A stretch of 64,000 nucleotides of DNA, taken from positions 5,808 to 69,807 of the IMG/VR virus record IMGVR_UViG_3300021962_000084. One strand, written 5' to 3'. This document shows, in pieces, positions 13,601 to 21,200 of this stretch. Made by a program: the position numbers and the translations under genes. The notes beneath the pieces are model-generated. The model saw only the letters and a list, made by a program, of their open reading frames with translations. It was not told the origin of the DNA and ran no database searches. The DNA comes from a virus. Positions within the stretch are counted from its first letter, which is position 1. Every line of letters begins with the position of its first letter.

Positions 13601-16600
13601 TTAGTGGTAGTGGTAGTGATAGATTGCAAGCAAGATTAGTATCATCATCATTTGGTATTGTAATAGACTCATTATTAAATAATGGTACTAGTTCAATTGC
13701 TTATGTTGGACCAACTGGAATTAATACAAATGCAAAAATAACATCTGCATATAATTTGTTATTAAATAACCAACAAATGATTATAGATGAAACCATAACT
13801 TATATGAGTTCATCTTGGAGTAATTTTGTTTATTCTCAATCATTATGTGAGAGAGATTTAGGGTTGATTATTAGTGGAGCAGCATTTGATTTATTATGGG
13901 GTGGTAATTCCGCATCATTAGTAAATGGTAAATACTATTTCGAATCCGCATCTCAAGCAACTACTACACAATTAGACCAAACAATTACTGCTATCCGATA
14001 TGCTGGTGGAATTATTGAAAAGGTTGTTAGAAATACACCATTAGTACATATTTCAGCATCATTAGAAACATCGGCATCATATACATCATTGATTAAAAAC
14101 AAAGGATTTATACAATCTGAATCAATATCTTATGTAAATTCTTCTTGGGAAGGATTTGAGTACAATGAAGCAAGTTGCAGTAGAGATATTGGTTATATTG
14201 TAGATGCGGTAGCAACTGACTTGTTATATGGTGGTAACGAAAGAAGTATTATAGCTGGTAGATACTATTATGATTTCCCATCTGAAGCTACTTCAACACA
14301 ATTAGAACCAACATTGACCGGTGTAAGATTCGCTAAAGGAACTTCTATGAACGTAGTTGTTAATAAGCAATTCTTCTCACCAAATGCAAACAACCAAACG
14401 GCTTACAATTTAATTAAAGATAATAAAGAGTTTGTTCAGGAAGAAACTGTGGCATTTGTAAACGCTAAGTACCCTGAATTGGATTACATTGAAGATAAGT
14501 GTAAGAGAGATGTGGGTTATATTGTAGATGCAGTAGCAACTGACTTATTATATGGTGGAAACGAAAGAAGTAACAAAGCTGGTGAGTTCTATTACTTATA
14601 TCCTTCATTAGCAACTGAAAATGAGCAAGTAATTGAAACAACAACTGCAGTAGATTATGCTAGAAGATTAACACAAAATGTTATCAATAGTATAGCAATA
14701 GAAACTCCGCAAATTGTTCTTAATACTACAAATAATATTAAGGTAACAAACACACCTCAATATGTTAGTTCATCATTTAGTGGAAGTGCATACGAAGCGG
14801 GATTAATATCAGCATCTATTTCAATCGTAACAAATATTGTAGCAAATGGAACTGGTTCTGTTGGAACTCCTGTAAATTATACAACTCCATCAACTGCATC
14901 GAATGTTTGGTATGCATACAATTTATTGAAAGAAAATATTCCATTCATCCAAAGTGAAACGATTGCTTATATTAGTTCTTCTTGGAGTACTGCTTCTTAT
15001 AATGAGGCAAGTTGTAGTAGAGATGTAGCATTAATTGTAAGTGGAGCAGCTGAAGATATGTTATTTGGTGTAGATTCTGCATCAATTGTGAATGGTAAGT
15101 TCTACTATGAATATCCATCTGAAGCAACTGGTTCTCAATTAAACTATACATTGGATGGATTGTTCTACGCAAGTAGACTAGCACAAAAAGTTCTTCAAAA
15201 CGTAGAATTCGTAACAGCATCTTTATTAGTATCTGCATCTTACGCATTGATAAGAAATAATAAATTATTCATACAATCAGAATCCGTAGAATATGTTGAT
15301 TCTTCTTGGGTTGGATTGGATTACAATAAAGAAAAATGTAGAAGGGATGTTGGTCATTTAATTGACGCAGTTTCAACTGATTTATTGTATGGTGGAAATG
15401 AAAGAAGTGCAATAGCTGGAGAATACTATTTCAAATATCCATCAGAAGCTACAACAGGTTCTCAATTAGACCCAACGGTGGATGCAATTGATTACGCAGC
15501 TGGAGTAGCAAGTAAAGTAATACAAAGTTTAACATTTGTAACGGCTTCACAAATCATATCAGCATCGGTTGGATTGTTGAGAGGAAATAGAAACTTCATT
15601 CAGGAAGAAACAATGGCATACTTAACTGCTAGTTGGAGTACTTTTGAATATGATAAAGTTAAATGTAGACGTGATGTAGGATATGTTATTGATGGTGTAG
15701 CAACTGATTTACTATATGGTGGAAACGAAAGAAGTGTGATGAGTGGGGAGTTCTATTATAGATACCCATCTAAAGCAGTATTGTTGGGTGATGGTGATGG
15801 AGCTGGACAATTAAAACAAACTGTTGATGGTATAAACTACGCAAGTAGAGTAGCACAAAAAGTTGTCAAAAATACTGTATTCCAAAATGCATCATCAGCA
15901 GCTTCTGCATCATTTGATTTATTAAGAAAAAATAAATCATTTATAGCAGGAGAGGTAATTGAATATGTATCTTCATCTTGGAGTACTGTTTATTACAATC
16001 AAGCTTCTTGTTCGCGTGATGTGGGATATTTAATAGATGCAGCAGCAACAGATGTACTTTATGGTGGTAAGGAACGAAGTGTAATAGCAGGTAATTTCTA
16101 TTATCTATTCCCATCAAAAGCAACTGTGGCTGGTGTTCCATCTGAAGCAAATCAATTAGACCCAACAATTACGGGTGTGAGATATGCTGGAAGATTAGCA
16201 ACTAAAGTTGTAGTTAATCCAAAATTTGTGGAAGCTTCTGGTTCTGCTATTGGTGGCAGTAGATTATTAAAATTAAATAAATCTCTAATCCAAAAAGAAA
16301 CTATAACATTCTTAAGTTCTTCTTGGAGTACATTGGTTTACAACGAAGCAAGTTGTTCTCGTGACGTAGGATTTATTATAGATGCGGTAAGAACTGACTT
16401 AGTTTATGGTGGTAATGAAAGAAGTATTGAAGCAGGCTCGTACTACTACAAAATTCCTTCAGTAGCAATTAAAGAATCTTATACTGATAATGGTACATTT
16501 GGACAGAAAAAACAAACTGTTGATGGTGTAAATTACGCAGGTGGTATTTCCGAAAAGATTGTAGCACAAACTCAATTAGTAAGACCTGGTACAAAACGAA

Positions 16601-17211
16601 TTGAAGCTACTAATAGATTAAGAGGAGCTAAGGAAGAATTAAAACAAAGAGCAATTGGATACACCAATGGGGCATTCCCTTATTTGGTTTACAATGAAGC
16701 AAGTTGTTCGCGTGATACTGGTTTGATTGTGGATGCTTGTTGCACTGATTTATTCTATGGTGGAAACGAAAGAGCAATCGCAGCAGCATCATCATATTAT
16801 ACAGGACAATACGGAAATGCGGATGAGGTAATATTTAAACAAAGACTAGAAACTCTTGAAACTAATAGATATTTAAGAACTAGAGCAGAGTTTATAGCAG
16901 CTGGTGCTCCTGTTGAAGCATTTGGTTCTCTAATTGTGGCAACTGGTATTGACTACTCTTATAATGGTAGTGGTGTGACATTTAAAGCACTTCCTCCAAA
17001 TCAGGGTGGTAGTGGTGTGGCAAATCCAATTTATGAGATTACCGAATTAGGAGGAGGTAGAATATTCTTTACTTCTGGTAACCAAGATGGTGACTTTAGA
17101 ATTGGAACTGGATTGAGTATTAATCAGGCAACTGGTACTCTTGTGGGTAGAACATTTAGTAAATCTCTATTCTCATTAGTAACTCCGTTCTCATTAGCAC
17201 TTCAAATATAA
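4654..17211 (+). CDS. Giant virion structural protein (4185 aa): beta-helix-like N-terminal region, degenerate cupredoxin-like domain, 22 CxRD helical repeats
   Basis: Uninterrupted ORF. N-terminal LYVSSTDGDDTNDG...PLRTIKRA and TSPYVQNCS and C-terminal GGRIFFTSGNQDGDFRIG...F.KSLF.LVTPF.LAL resemble large structural proteins of T4-like aquatic phages. The central ~3700 aa is built from two repeat types. Confidence 0.8.
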   Translation: MARLIPRKQIEEQQDISASLAIRENLYVGNDIINSGSLFVSKSFFLGNDTGSLNEITGSVFVTGSFTVDGLFQLGSQTLFSGTASFSSESVDTQRYSGILAKDFGANQPTLYVSSTDGDDTNDGRTIQYPLRTIKRAAQLASPGYDGRYGFDTGSVSNGYVIKVQAGTYLEDNPVILPSNTTIWGAGLRITKINAKNPSEDLFWVNAGCYIAEVTMGGLRLYPDQINPEKGFAVAFQPGAFITTSPYVQNCSQISNQENSFTELYEEIPPGGGGLYVNGDVIHPDSPLASMVLDAYTQISPNGVGCLVNGRGFIQLVSFFNNFSYYAIRVNNGGHATLNNSNISFGLYGMYASGSRFISGSGGNIDARNRVRQSWSVVVDVLNRGLGALPEITTLNTAEGIRATSLSQYPQLYLSGSDINLTPTTQNIEEVASDFKLISAIVENGTSNFPTLLARSSNKGYGFESPYNILGAEQITSSIASASAEILTDISESFGAILGIFANGTGSFNFVSNTKNAIKATELEPTAIGMSVSNSITASVSSSFETVISIISSGLTAVAKVTSSNEAAIKVSGVEQFTTGLSSSLQTTNSVSASFSIIYNILDKGTGSVILPIPENHQRNYTITNNGSSSYQWQGVGSNPTITLYRGETYKFYVSASSVVGGINYPFFIRTRPLSGISEQFDYDKGVINNGDSIGNITFTVPYDAPNELYYVAQNTDNMTGKFHIINNSATPFGFIQNTLTYPQTISGSVESTSNIDKLNAYELLIGNKSFIQEETIEFVSSSWSDFDYVESTCRRDIGYLIDAVANDLIYGGNNNSITAGRFYYEYPSTATTTQKDPTKTAVKYAAGMAEKLLKGVTFVEPNNERDAVATAIQANREFIQTETITFLSSSWSNFYYNEAKCKRDVGYILDAVATDARYGGNERSVQAGQFYYLYPSLAVVDGDGDSEGQLGQTLDGVRFAAGNTNNIIAGIVHQTASLDVRESYRLLRENKELIQNETIQFINVAYPQLKYNQDKCKRDVGYIIDAISTDLLYGGIERSVTAGKYYYEYPSQATKTQKRETSGGIRYSKIISDFIVQNIVLETPRIITNDEKLFKVVSGSSNITSSFSGTINEQNSISSSFAIIEGIIKRGTAAVPSILAQNSDLNWSVGIPLSVTGQTQITNSFVSPTEAEKLGNGFDVVTSILQSNGVEPVFTSSLNTQIKVTNNEQITGSVSNPYALTSSISASFGYVVEIISGGLSKLDPIVSNVSASIKVTATPQFTSGVVGTNAQTSSVSSSFGSIINVIVSGTAALPSLVQNTNANRKVTTTTQFISASYSGSLEDIEFVSQSISKVTQIVETGNVDLFGKTNYSASITARVGVYEILKQNIPFIQNETIAYLSSSWAGFQYDEVKCKRDIGLIVSGAAEDLLFGANSASIVNGQFYYEYPSQATIANDGDTGGQLNQTLDGINYASRLAQKVIQNVVFNLPSTEVSASNALLFNNKEFIQNETIAYLSSSWGGFDYNETTCKRDVGYIIDAVRTDLVYGGNERSRQAGLYYFLYPSQATGSQLLQTTDGIKYASHISQKIVSGSIFQSADSDKLEVSRLMRVNKGLIADEVVEYVSSSWSEVSYNEDKCKRDVGYIIDAVRTDLVYGGNERTSIAGEFYYRFPSSATVGGEPSATQQLDPTVTGVEYANRLAQNIVQNKVLVNPSAEVLAAAELVRTNRTFLQQNVIQFISQNYPNLDYIVSKCFRDVGFITDGAVTDLVYGGNERSINSGRFYFKFANKATGDQLVETVAGINFAKDLAKLVAIGGKAVEDGYDNVAKIIASGSSSAPALVTNTENAIRKTVEQQFTSSQSVQSSDKQLVSASFANVITIISNGTGSIPTIVESSNRGILVTIGSHQITSSITPSLADINKVESGFNIVTSIIENGTGSLPTLVKNTQNGIKRTDSIQFTSTASISNTIISSSNTAFDNVLLIVSDGTGSTPTLVKNTSNLVKVTNSTQYIGTTTVSSSIINGITGSFNTIITILENGIGTLPNVVDNTISGIKVTNTAQFISASATQLESNLISQSISIVTDIIANGVGSTLAYLPTSSYTASVSDLNRWKAYNLLKANIQFIQDETIAYLSSSWSTASYNEEKCRRDVGLIISGAVEDLVFNSNSASLVNGKFYYDYPSQAQGAQLNQTLDGVFYASKLAQKIVKGDVFNYPSAQSNTAYDLLVNNKQLIQNETIAYISSSWSTHQYNETTCKRDVGYIIDAVATDVKWGGNERSVKAGEFYYLYPSEATGSQIEETVTGITYVRNLADRLLRNLTLQSVSQNKLQAKQLIFNNKEFIQNEVIEYVSASWNGFLYNEDTCKRDVGFILDAVATDVVYGGNERALEAGRYYYLYPSEATTTQLGPTLSGIRHAKGMLEQILKNSVFGLASNSAQTAYNLLLENKQLIQNETIAFVSSSWSMFNYNEASCSRDTGYIVDAVATDILYGGNERVREAGEYYYLYPSLATVDGDGDAAGQLGQTLDGVNYAKGISKKIVSNILLQSASISELTGWSLLRQNKPLIQKETIAYLSSSWTGVDGFYYNEASCSRDVAYIIDNVATDLLYGGNERSSKAGEYYFLYPSKATVGGVPSVNAQLEQTVQGIRFAAGTAQNVISNTILEQPTQFVSSSVSLLRSNRGFIQNETIQYIDAFFPSLVYNREKCRRDVGYIVDNVSTDLWYGGNERSIIAGDYYYRYPSLATKQEQVRETVAGVEYAKAVSKAIVQNVLLQTPSLVLNTDGNIKVGSVAQITSSLSATNTEVSNISSSFSTVTKIIEGGLSVLPTITSNNEGLIKVTNETQITSSISASSAEVGVVTASFGLIRDIIYWGSASLPDSLANNFQYGFNNSVPTLLRISSFTQTLGSGVYNAQTSSVSSSFGNVINVINNGTASLPTLEANTSASVSVSGITTFKSTTSGSEYQKSRIGNLFGVVMNIVEGGRSSIPTLLSNTSSSIKVTNTPQIISGSGSDRLQARLVSSSFGIVIDSLLNNGTSSIAYVGPTGINTNAKITSAYNLLLNNQQMIIDETITYMSSSWSNFVYSQSLCERDLGLIISGAAFDLLWGGNSASLVNGKYYFESASQATTTQLDQTITAIRYAGGIIEKVVRNTPLVHISASLETSASYTSLIKNKGFIQSESISYVNSSWEGFEYNEASCSRDIGYIVDAVATDLLYGGNERSIIAGRYYYDFPSEATSTQLEPTLTGVRFAKGTSMNVVVNKQFFSPNANNQTAYNLIKDNKEFVQEETVAFVNAKYPELDYIEDKCKRDVGYIVDAVATDLLYGGNERSNKAGEFYYLYPSLATENEQVIETTTAVDYARRLTQNVINSIAIETPQIVLNTTNNIKVTNTPQYVSSSFSGSAYEAGLISASISIVTNIVANGTGSVGTPVNYTTPSTASNVWYAYNLLKENIPFIQSETIAYISSSWSTASYNEASCSRDVALIVSGAAEDMLFGVDSASIVNGKFYYEYPSEATGSQLNYTLDGLFYASRLAQKVLQNVEFVTASLLVSASYALIRNNKLFIQSESVEYVDSSWVGLDYNKEKCRRDVGHLIDAVSTDLLYGGNERSAIAGEYYFKYPSEATTGSQLDPTVDAIDYAAGVASKVIQSLTFVTASQIISASVGLLRGNRNFIQEETMAYLTASWSTFEYDKVKCRRDVGYVIDGVATDLLYGGNERSVMSGEFYYRYPSKAVLLGDGDGAGQLKQTVDGINYASRVAQKVVKNTVFQNASSAASASFDLLRKNKSFIAGEVIEYVSSSWSTVYYNQASCSRDVGYLIDAAATDVLYGGKERSVIAGNFYYLFPSKATVAGVPSEANQLDPTITGVRYAGRLATKVVVNPKFVEASGSAIGGSRLLKLNKSLIQKETITFLSSSWSTLVYNEASCSRDVGFIIDAVRTDLVYGGNERSIEAGSYYYKIPSVAIKESYTDNGTFGQKKQTVDGVNYAGGISEKIVAQTQLVRPGTKRIEATNRLRGAKEELKQRAIGYTNGAFPYLVYNEASCSRDTGLIVDACCTDLFYGGNERAIAAASSYYTGQYGNADEVIFKQRLETLETNRYLRTRAEFIAAGAPVEAFGSLIVATGIDYSYNGSGVTFKALPPNQGGSGVANPIYEITELGGGRIFFTSGNQDGDFRIGTGLSINQATGTLVGRTFSKSLFSLVTPFSLALQI
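5760..16890 (+). repeat. Protein-level repeat array: 22 core repeats (~95-110 aa, CxRD) in clusters of 3,4,6,3,6 and 22 partner helices in groups of 5,5,6,5,1
   Basis: Counted by eye in the translation. Core consensus AYxLLxxNKxFIQxETIxYxSSSW...YNExxCxRDVGYIIDAVATDLLYGGNERSxxAGxYYYxYPS...TxxGIxYA; helix consensus ISSSFxxVxxIIxxGTGSLPTLV. Confidence 0.85.
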
Positions 17212-17235
17212 AAAGAAAATAAAAGATAAAATAAA

Positions 17236-18159
17236 ATGGCAGAAGTTTTTGTACCACTAAATCGATTCCAGTCAGTTGTAACAAATCTGACTGGTGAAGA
17301 AGATGAAATATATGTTACACCGACTGGTGTATCATCAATTGTGCTATCAGCTCAAATTACAAATAATAGTTTTTCAACACAACCTGTAACTATTTTTGTA
17401 ACATCTAATAGAGAATTACCTGTACCTTCCTTTGAAGGACTTTATATTAGTTCATCTTTTTATACTGGTTCTACATCTTTAGAAAATCTTAGTGGAAGTT
17501 TTGATAGTGCATCTGCCCTTCTTAATTTGAATAGACAGTTTATTCGTAAAGAAGTAGCAGCATATACATCATTTCAAAATAATTTGCAAGAAACTCCATT
17601 TACGTTTGTATCTTCTCGTTTTGAAGATTATGCATTAGGAGCAACTGATGCAATTACATACGATATAGCAAATTCAAAAACAATTAGAACAGACAAAGAG
17701 GCAAGAAATTATTTTACAAAAAATGGTATCAATATTATAAAAACTTCTTATGATGAAGAATATTCATCATCTTTATTTGCTTTAGATTATGTTGGAAAAT
17801 TAGCAGGGCAAATTATAAAAAACCAATCGGTAACAGGTTCAGCTGAAATTGGTAGATTCTATCAAACATCAGTAACTCAATCATTTGATTCAACTTATGC
17901 AATAAGCGGTTCTGCATGGAGTGGTTCTAACTACGTTATAACGGAATTGCTGAATGTTATCAGAGATACAATAGAAAATCCTAATTTAGTAGCACAAAGG
18001 GCCGTAAAATTAGTAACAAATGTAACTATACCATCTGCTGATTCACTTTCACCAGTTGTAAGTGGTAAATTGGTGTTAGAGGAAGGATATGGTTTCATCG
18101 TTTCGGGTTCAACGGAATTAAGTGTGATTCTTTCTTTGCTTGAAAGTGCAAATGAATAA
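17236..18159 (+). CDS. Fibre adaptor-like protein with one inserted degenerate copy of the 4185-aa repeat
   Basis: N- and C-terminal parts align with ORF 30884..31216 (IYVTP / AYTTP; GKLVLEEG / QKVVLEAN). The middle (SASALLNLNRQFIRKEVAAY...DAITYDI...ALDYVGKLAGQII) is a Cys-less repeat copy. Confidence 0.7.
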   Translation: MAEVFVPLNRFQSVVTNLTGEEDEIYVTPTGVSSIVLSAQITNNSFSTQPVTIFVTSNRELPVPSFEGLYISSSFYTGSTSLENLSGSFDSASALLNLNRQFIRKEVAAYTSFQNNLQETPFTFVSSRFEDYALGATDAITYDIANSKTIRTDKEARNYFTKNGINIIKTSYDEEYSSSLFALDYVGKLAGQIIKNQSVTGSAEIGRFYQTSVTQSFDSTYAISGSAWSGSNYVITELLNVIRDTIENPNLVAQRAVKLVTNVTIPSADSLSPVVSGKLVLEEGYGFIVSGSTELSVILSLLESANE

Positions 18160-18178
18160 CGATATTATCATTGGGTAA

Positions 18179-18186
18179 TATTTATA
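18179..18186 (+). promoter_or_regulatory. TATTTATA motif, putative late promoter
   Basis: Intergenic, upstream of the ATG at 18227. Confidence 0.6.
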
Positions 18187-18226
18187 AGGGATTCATTATT
18201 TTTATAAAAAAGCTGGAAAGTAAAGA

Positions 18227-21200
18227 ATGGCAATAAGTAATCTATTAACGGGAAGGGTAAGGGTAGTTTCACCTAAAAATGTAACATCAGACAGGTATCA
18301 ATTTCTTGATTTATCTCAAGCTGAACCAAATTTAGGTGTTCCTAATTTCAGTGCTTCATTGTCTGGGTCCCCAGCTATCGTAGTATCGGATGACCAAGGC
18401 AACAGAGGATTTGTAAGAAGCCTTGATTTAGAGAGAGTAACTGGACAATTTACAGGCTCATTTACAGGTAGTGCTACCGATTTAAGTGGTAGTTTTTCTG
18501 GTTCGTTCACTGGTTCATTTATAGGAGATGGTTCTCGATTAGTTAATCTTCCTGAAGTAACTAGAATAGCAAGTGGTTCTGCAACAGCCTCAATATCTCC
18601 AAATTTTGGATTTCAAATAAATGTAGATACAACTATTACTGAAAATCTTTATGTATCTAAATCAATTTATGCTGAACAATTAATTGTTTCTTACATATCA
18701 TCATCTATAATTTATTCATCTGGTTCAAATGTATTTGGTGATTCTGAAAATGATTCACAGCAATTTACTGGTTCGGTTGAGGTAAGGGATAGATTAAATG
18801 CTTATGTAATTTCTGGTTCAACCATAGCTGGTAATTTAACTGGTTCATTTATTGGATTAGCAGAAGCTACGGGTTCATTTAGTGGTTCTTTAATAGGAAG
18901 AAGTGATACATTTGGTACATTTACTGGTTCTGCTGAAGCAACGGGTTCATTTAGTGGGTCTTTTATTGGTACGGCTGATTTATTCGGAACATTTACAGGT
19001 TCTGCAGAACTGACTGGTTCGTTTAGTGGTTCATTTACAGGTTCTTTCTTTGGAGATGGTAGAAATTTATTTAACTTACCAGAAGCAACAAAATTAGCAA
19101 CTGGTTCTGTTACGGCATCTGTAACACCTGAATTTGGATTTAAAGTATTATCAATTGATAAAGGTTCTGAATTTACTGGAAGTGTCGATATTACTGGTAG
19201 TTTAAGTATAACAGCAACATCTGGAGCATTAGTATTGGGTTCTTCATCAGCGTATTATGGCGAGGGTACATATTTAAGAAACATACCTCGTTCAGCATTA
19301 ACGGAAGATGCATTAGTTTCATCTTTTATTGTAAGTGGTAGTGTAACAGCATCAGTTTCTCCTAATTTTGGATTTGTTGTAAAATCACCTGATAGTGGTT
19401 CTGAATTTACAGGTTCTGTTGATGTAAGTGGAAGTGTAATTGCACAATTCTTTATAGGAGATGGTTCTCAATTATTAAATGTACCATCAACTGTTGCACC
19501 TAGAATAGCAAGTGGAAGCGTAACTGCTTCTGTTTCTCCTCAATTTGGATTTAAAGTAGAATCGAATGCAAGTGGTTCTGAATTTACTGGTTCAGTAGAT
19601 ATATCAGGTTCTATATCAGCATCATTATATAGGGGTGATGGTAGTGGATTATTTAATATTCCGGTATCAGCATTATCGGAAGAAGTATCTCGTATCGCTA
19701 GTGGTAGTGTAACCGCATCAGTTTCTCCTGTATATGGATTTAGAGTTGAAGCAGCAGCAAGTGGGTCTGAATTTACTGGTAGTGTTAATGTAACTGGTAG
19801 TGTAATTGTAGAAAGTGGTTCTATATATGTTGGTGATGGTAGTGGATTAAGAAATATTCCATTATCTGCATTGGCTGAAGAAGTAGTTGCTGCAACAAAA
19901 ATATTATCTGGAAGTGTAACAGCTTCTGTATCTCCTGAATTTGGATTTAGAGTAGAATCTACACTTAGTGGTTCTCAATTTACAGGTTCTTTATTAGTAA
20001 GTGGAAACGTAGAATTATATACTGGTTCATTTAGTGGTAGTGGTAAGAATCTTAGAGAAATTCCAAAATCAGCAATTTCTGATTTAGATACATCTTTAAT
20101 CTTTTCTGGTTCTGCAACTGCATCAATTAATCCTGTAAAAGGGTTTAATGTAAATATATTTTCACAATTTAGTGGAAGTATGTCTGTATCGGCTTCTAAC
20201 TTTGTAGTACCAAGTCAATCATTAGATTTAACATTTAATGTAACAAATGATGGTTTCGCAGCTTATGTATTTACTGGAGCAGCAAGCGGTTCAAATCCAA
20301 CACTTACTTTAGTAGAAAATGTTGTTTATAGATTTGTAGTAAATGCACCCGGTCATCCTTTTTATATTAAAACAACAAACACAAGCGGAGCTGGTGGTGC
20401 ATATAACTCTGGAGTATTAAACAATGGTACTGATAATGGTGTAGTAACATTTAATGTACCATCTGGAGCACCATCAACATTATATTATGTTTGTGGAAAC
20501 CACTCATCAATGGTAGGTACAATTAATATTGTATCTGAAATAGTAAGACCTGCATTGATTGAGTTTATAGGACCTACTAATATCACTGGAAGTTTAGGAA
20601 TTAGTGGTAATGTTACTGCATCTATGTTTAGTGGAAGTGGTAGAGGATTATTTGATATTCCATTCACATCATTTACAGGAGATGCATTTAGAATAGCTAG
20701 TGGTTCGGTTACAGCGTCTGTTGCACCCAATTATGGATTTAGAGTTGAGGCTTTAGATTTGGGTAGTGAATTTACAGGTAGTGTTGATATAAGTGGTTCA
20801 TTATTTGTAAGTGGTTCAATAACCGCATCTAAGGGAATAGTTGCAAATACAATATCAGCATCATTCTTTATTGGCGATGGTTCTCAACTTAGAAATGTAC
20901 CATCATTAGAAAGTTTTAGAATTGCTAGTGGTAGTGTAACCGCATCCGTTTCTCCTGATTTTGGATTTAGAGTTGATTCTGTTGAACTTGGTTCATATTT
21001 TAGTGGAAGTGTTAAGGTTAGTGGAAGTATATTCACATTTGGAAATATAGAACTACAAAGTGGTTCTGCGTTTAGTGGTAGTGGTAAAAATTTATTTGAT
21101 ATACCTCGTTCCGCTTTAACTCCTGATGCATTAGAATCAACATTCATAGCAAGTGGTAGTGTAACTGCATCGGTTACTCCAAATCAAGGATTTGTTGTTC

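Noticed and set aside
4654-17211. Cyanophage assignment based on the phycobiliprotein-like repeats
   Set aside because: No photosynthesis genes are in the window, and the promoter, leader and signal-peptide features favour a Bacteroidota host; the host remains an inference.
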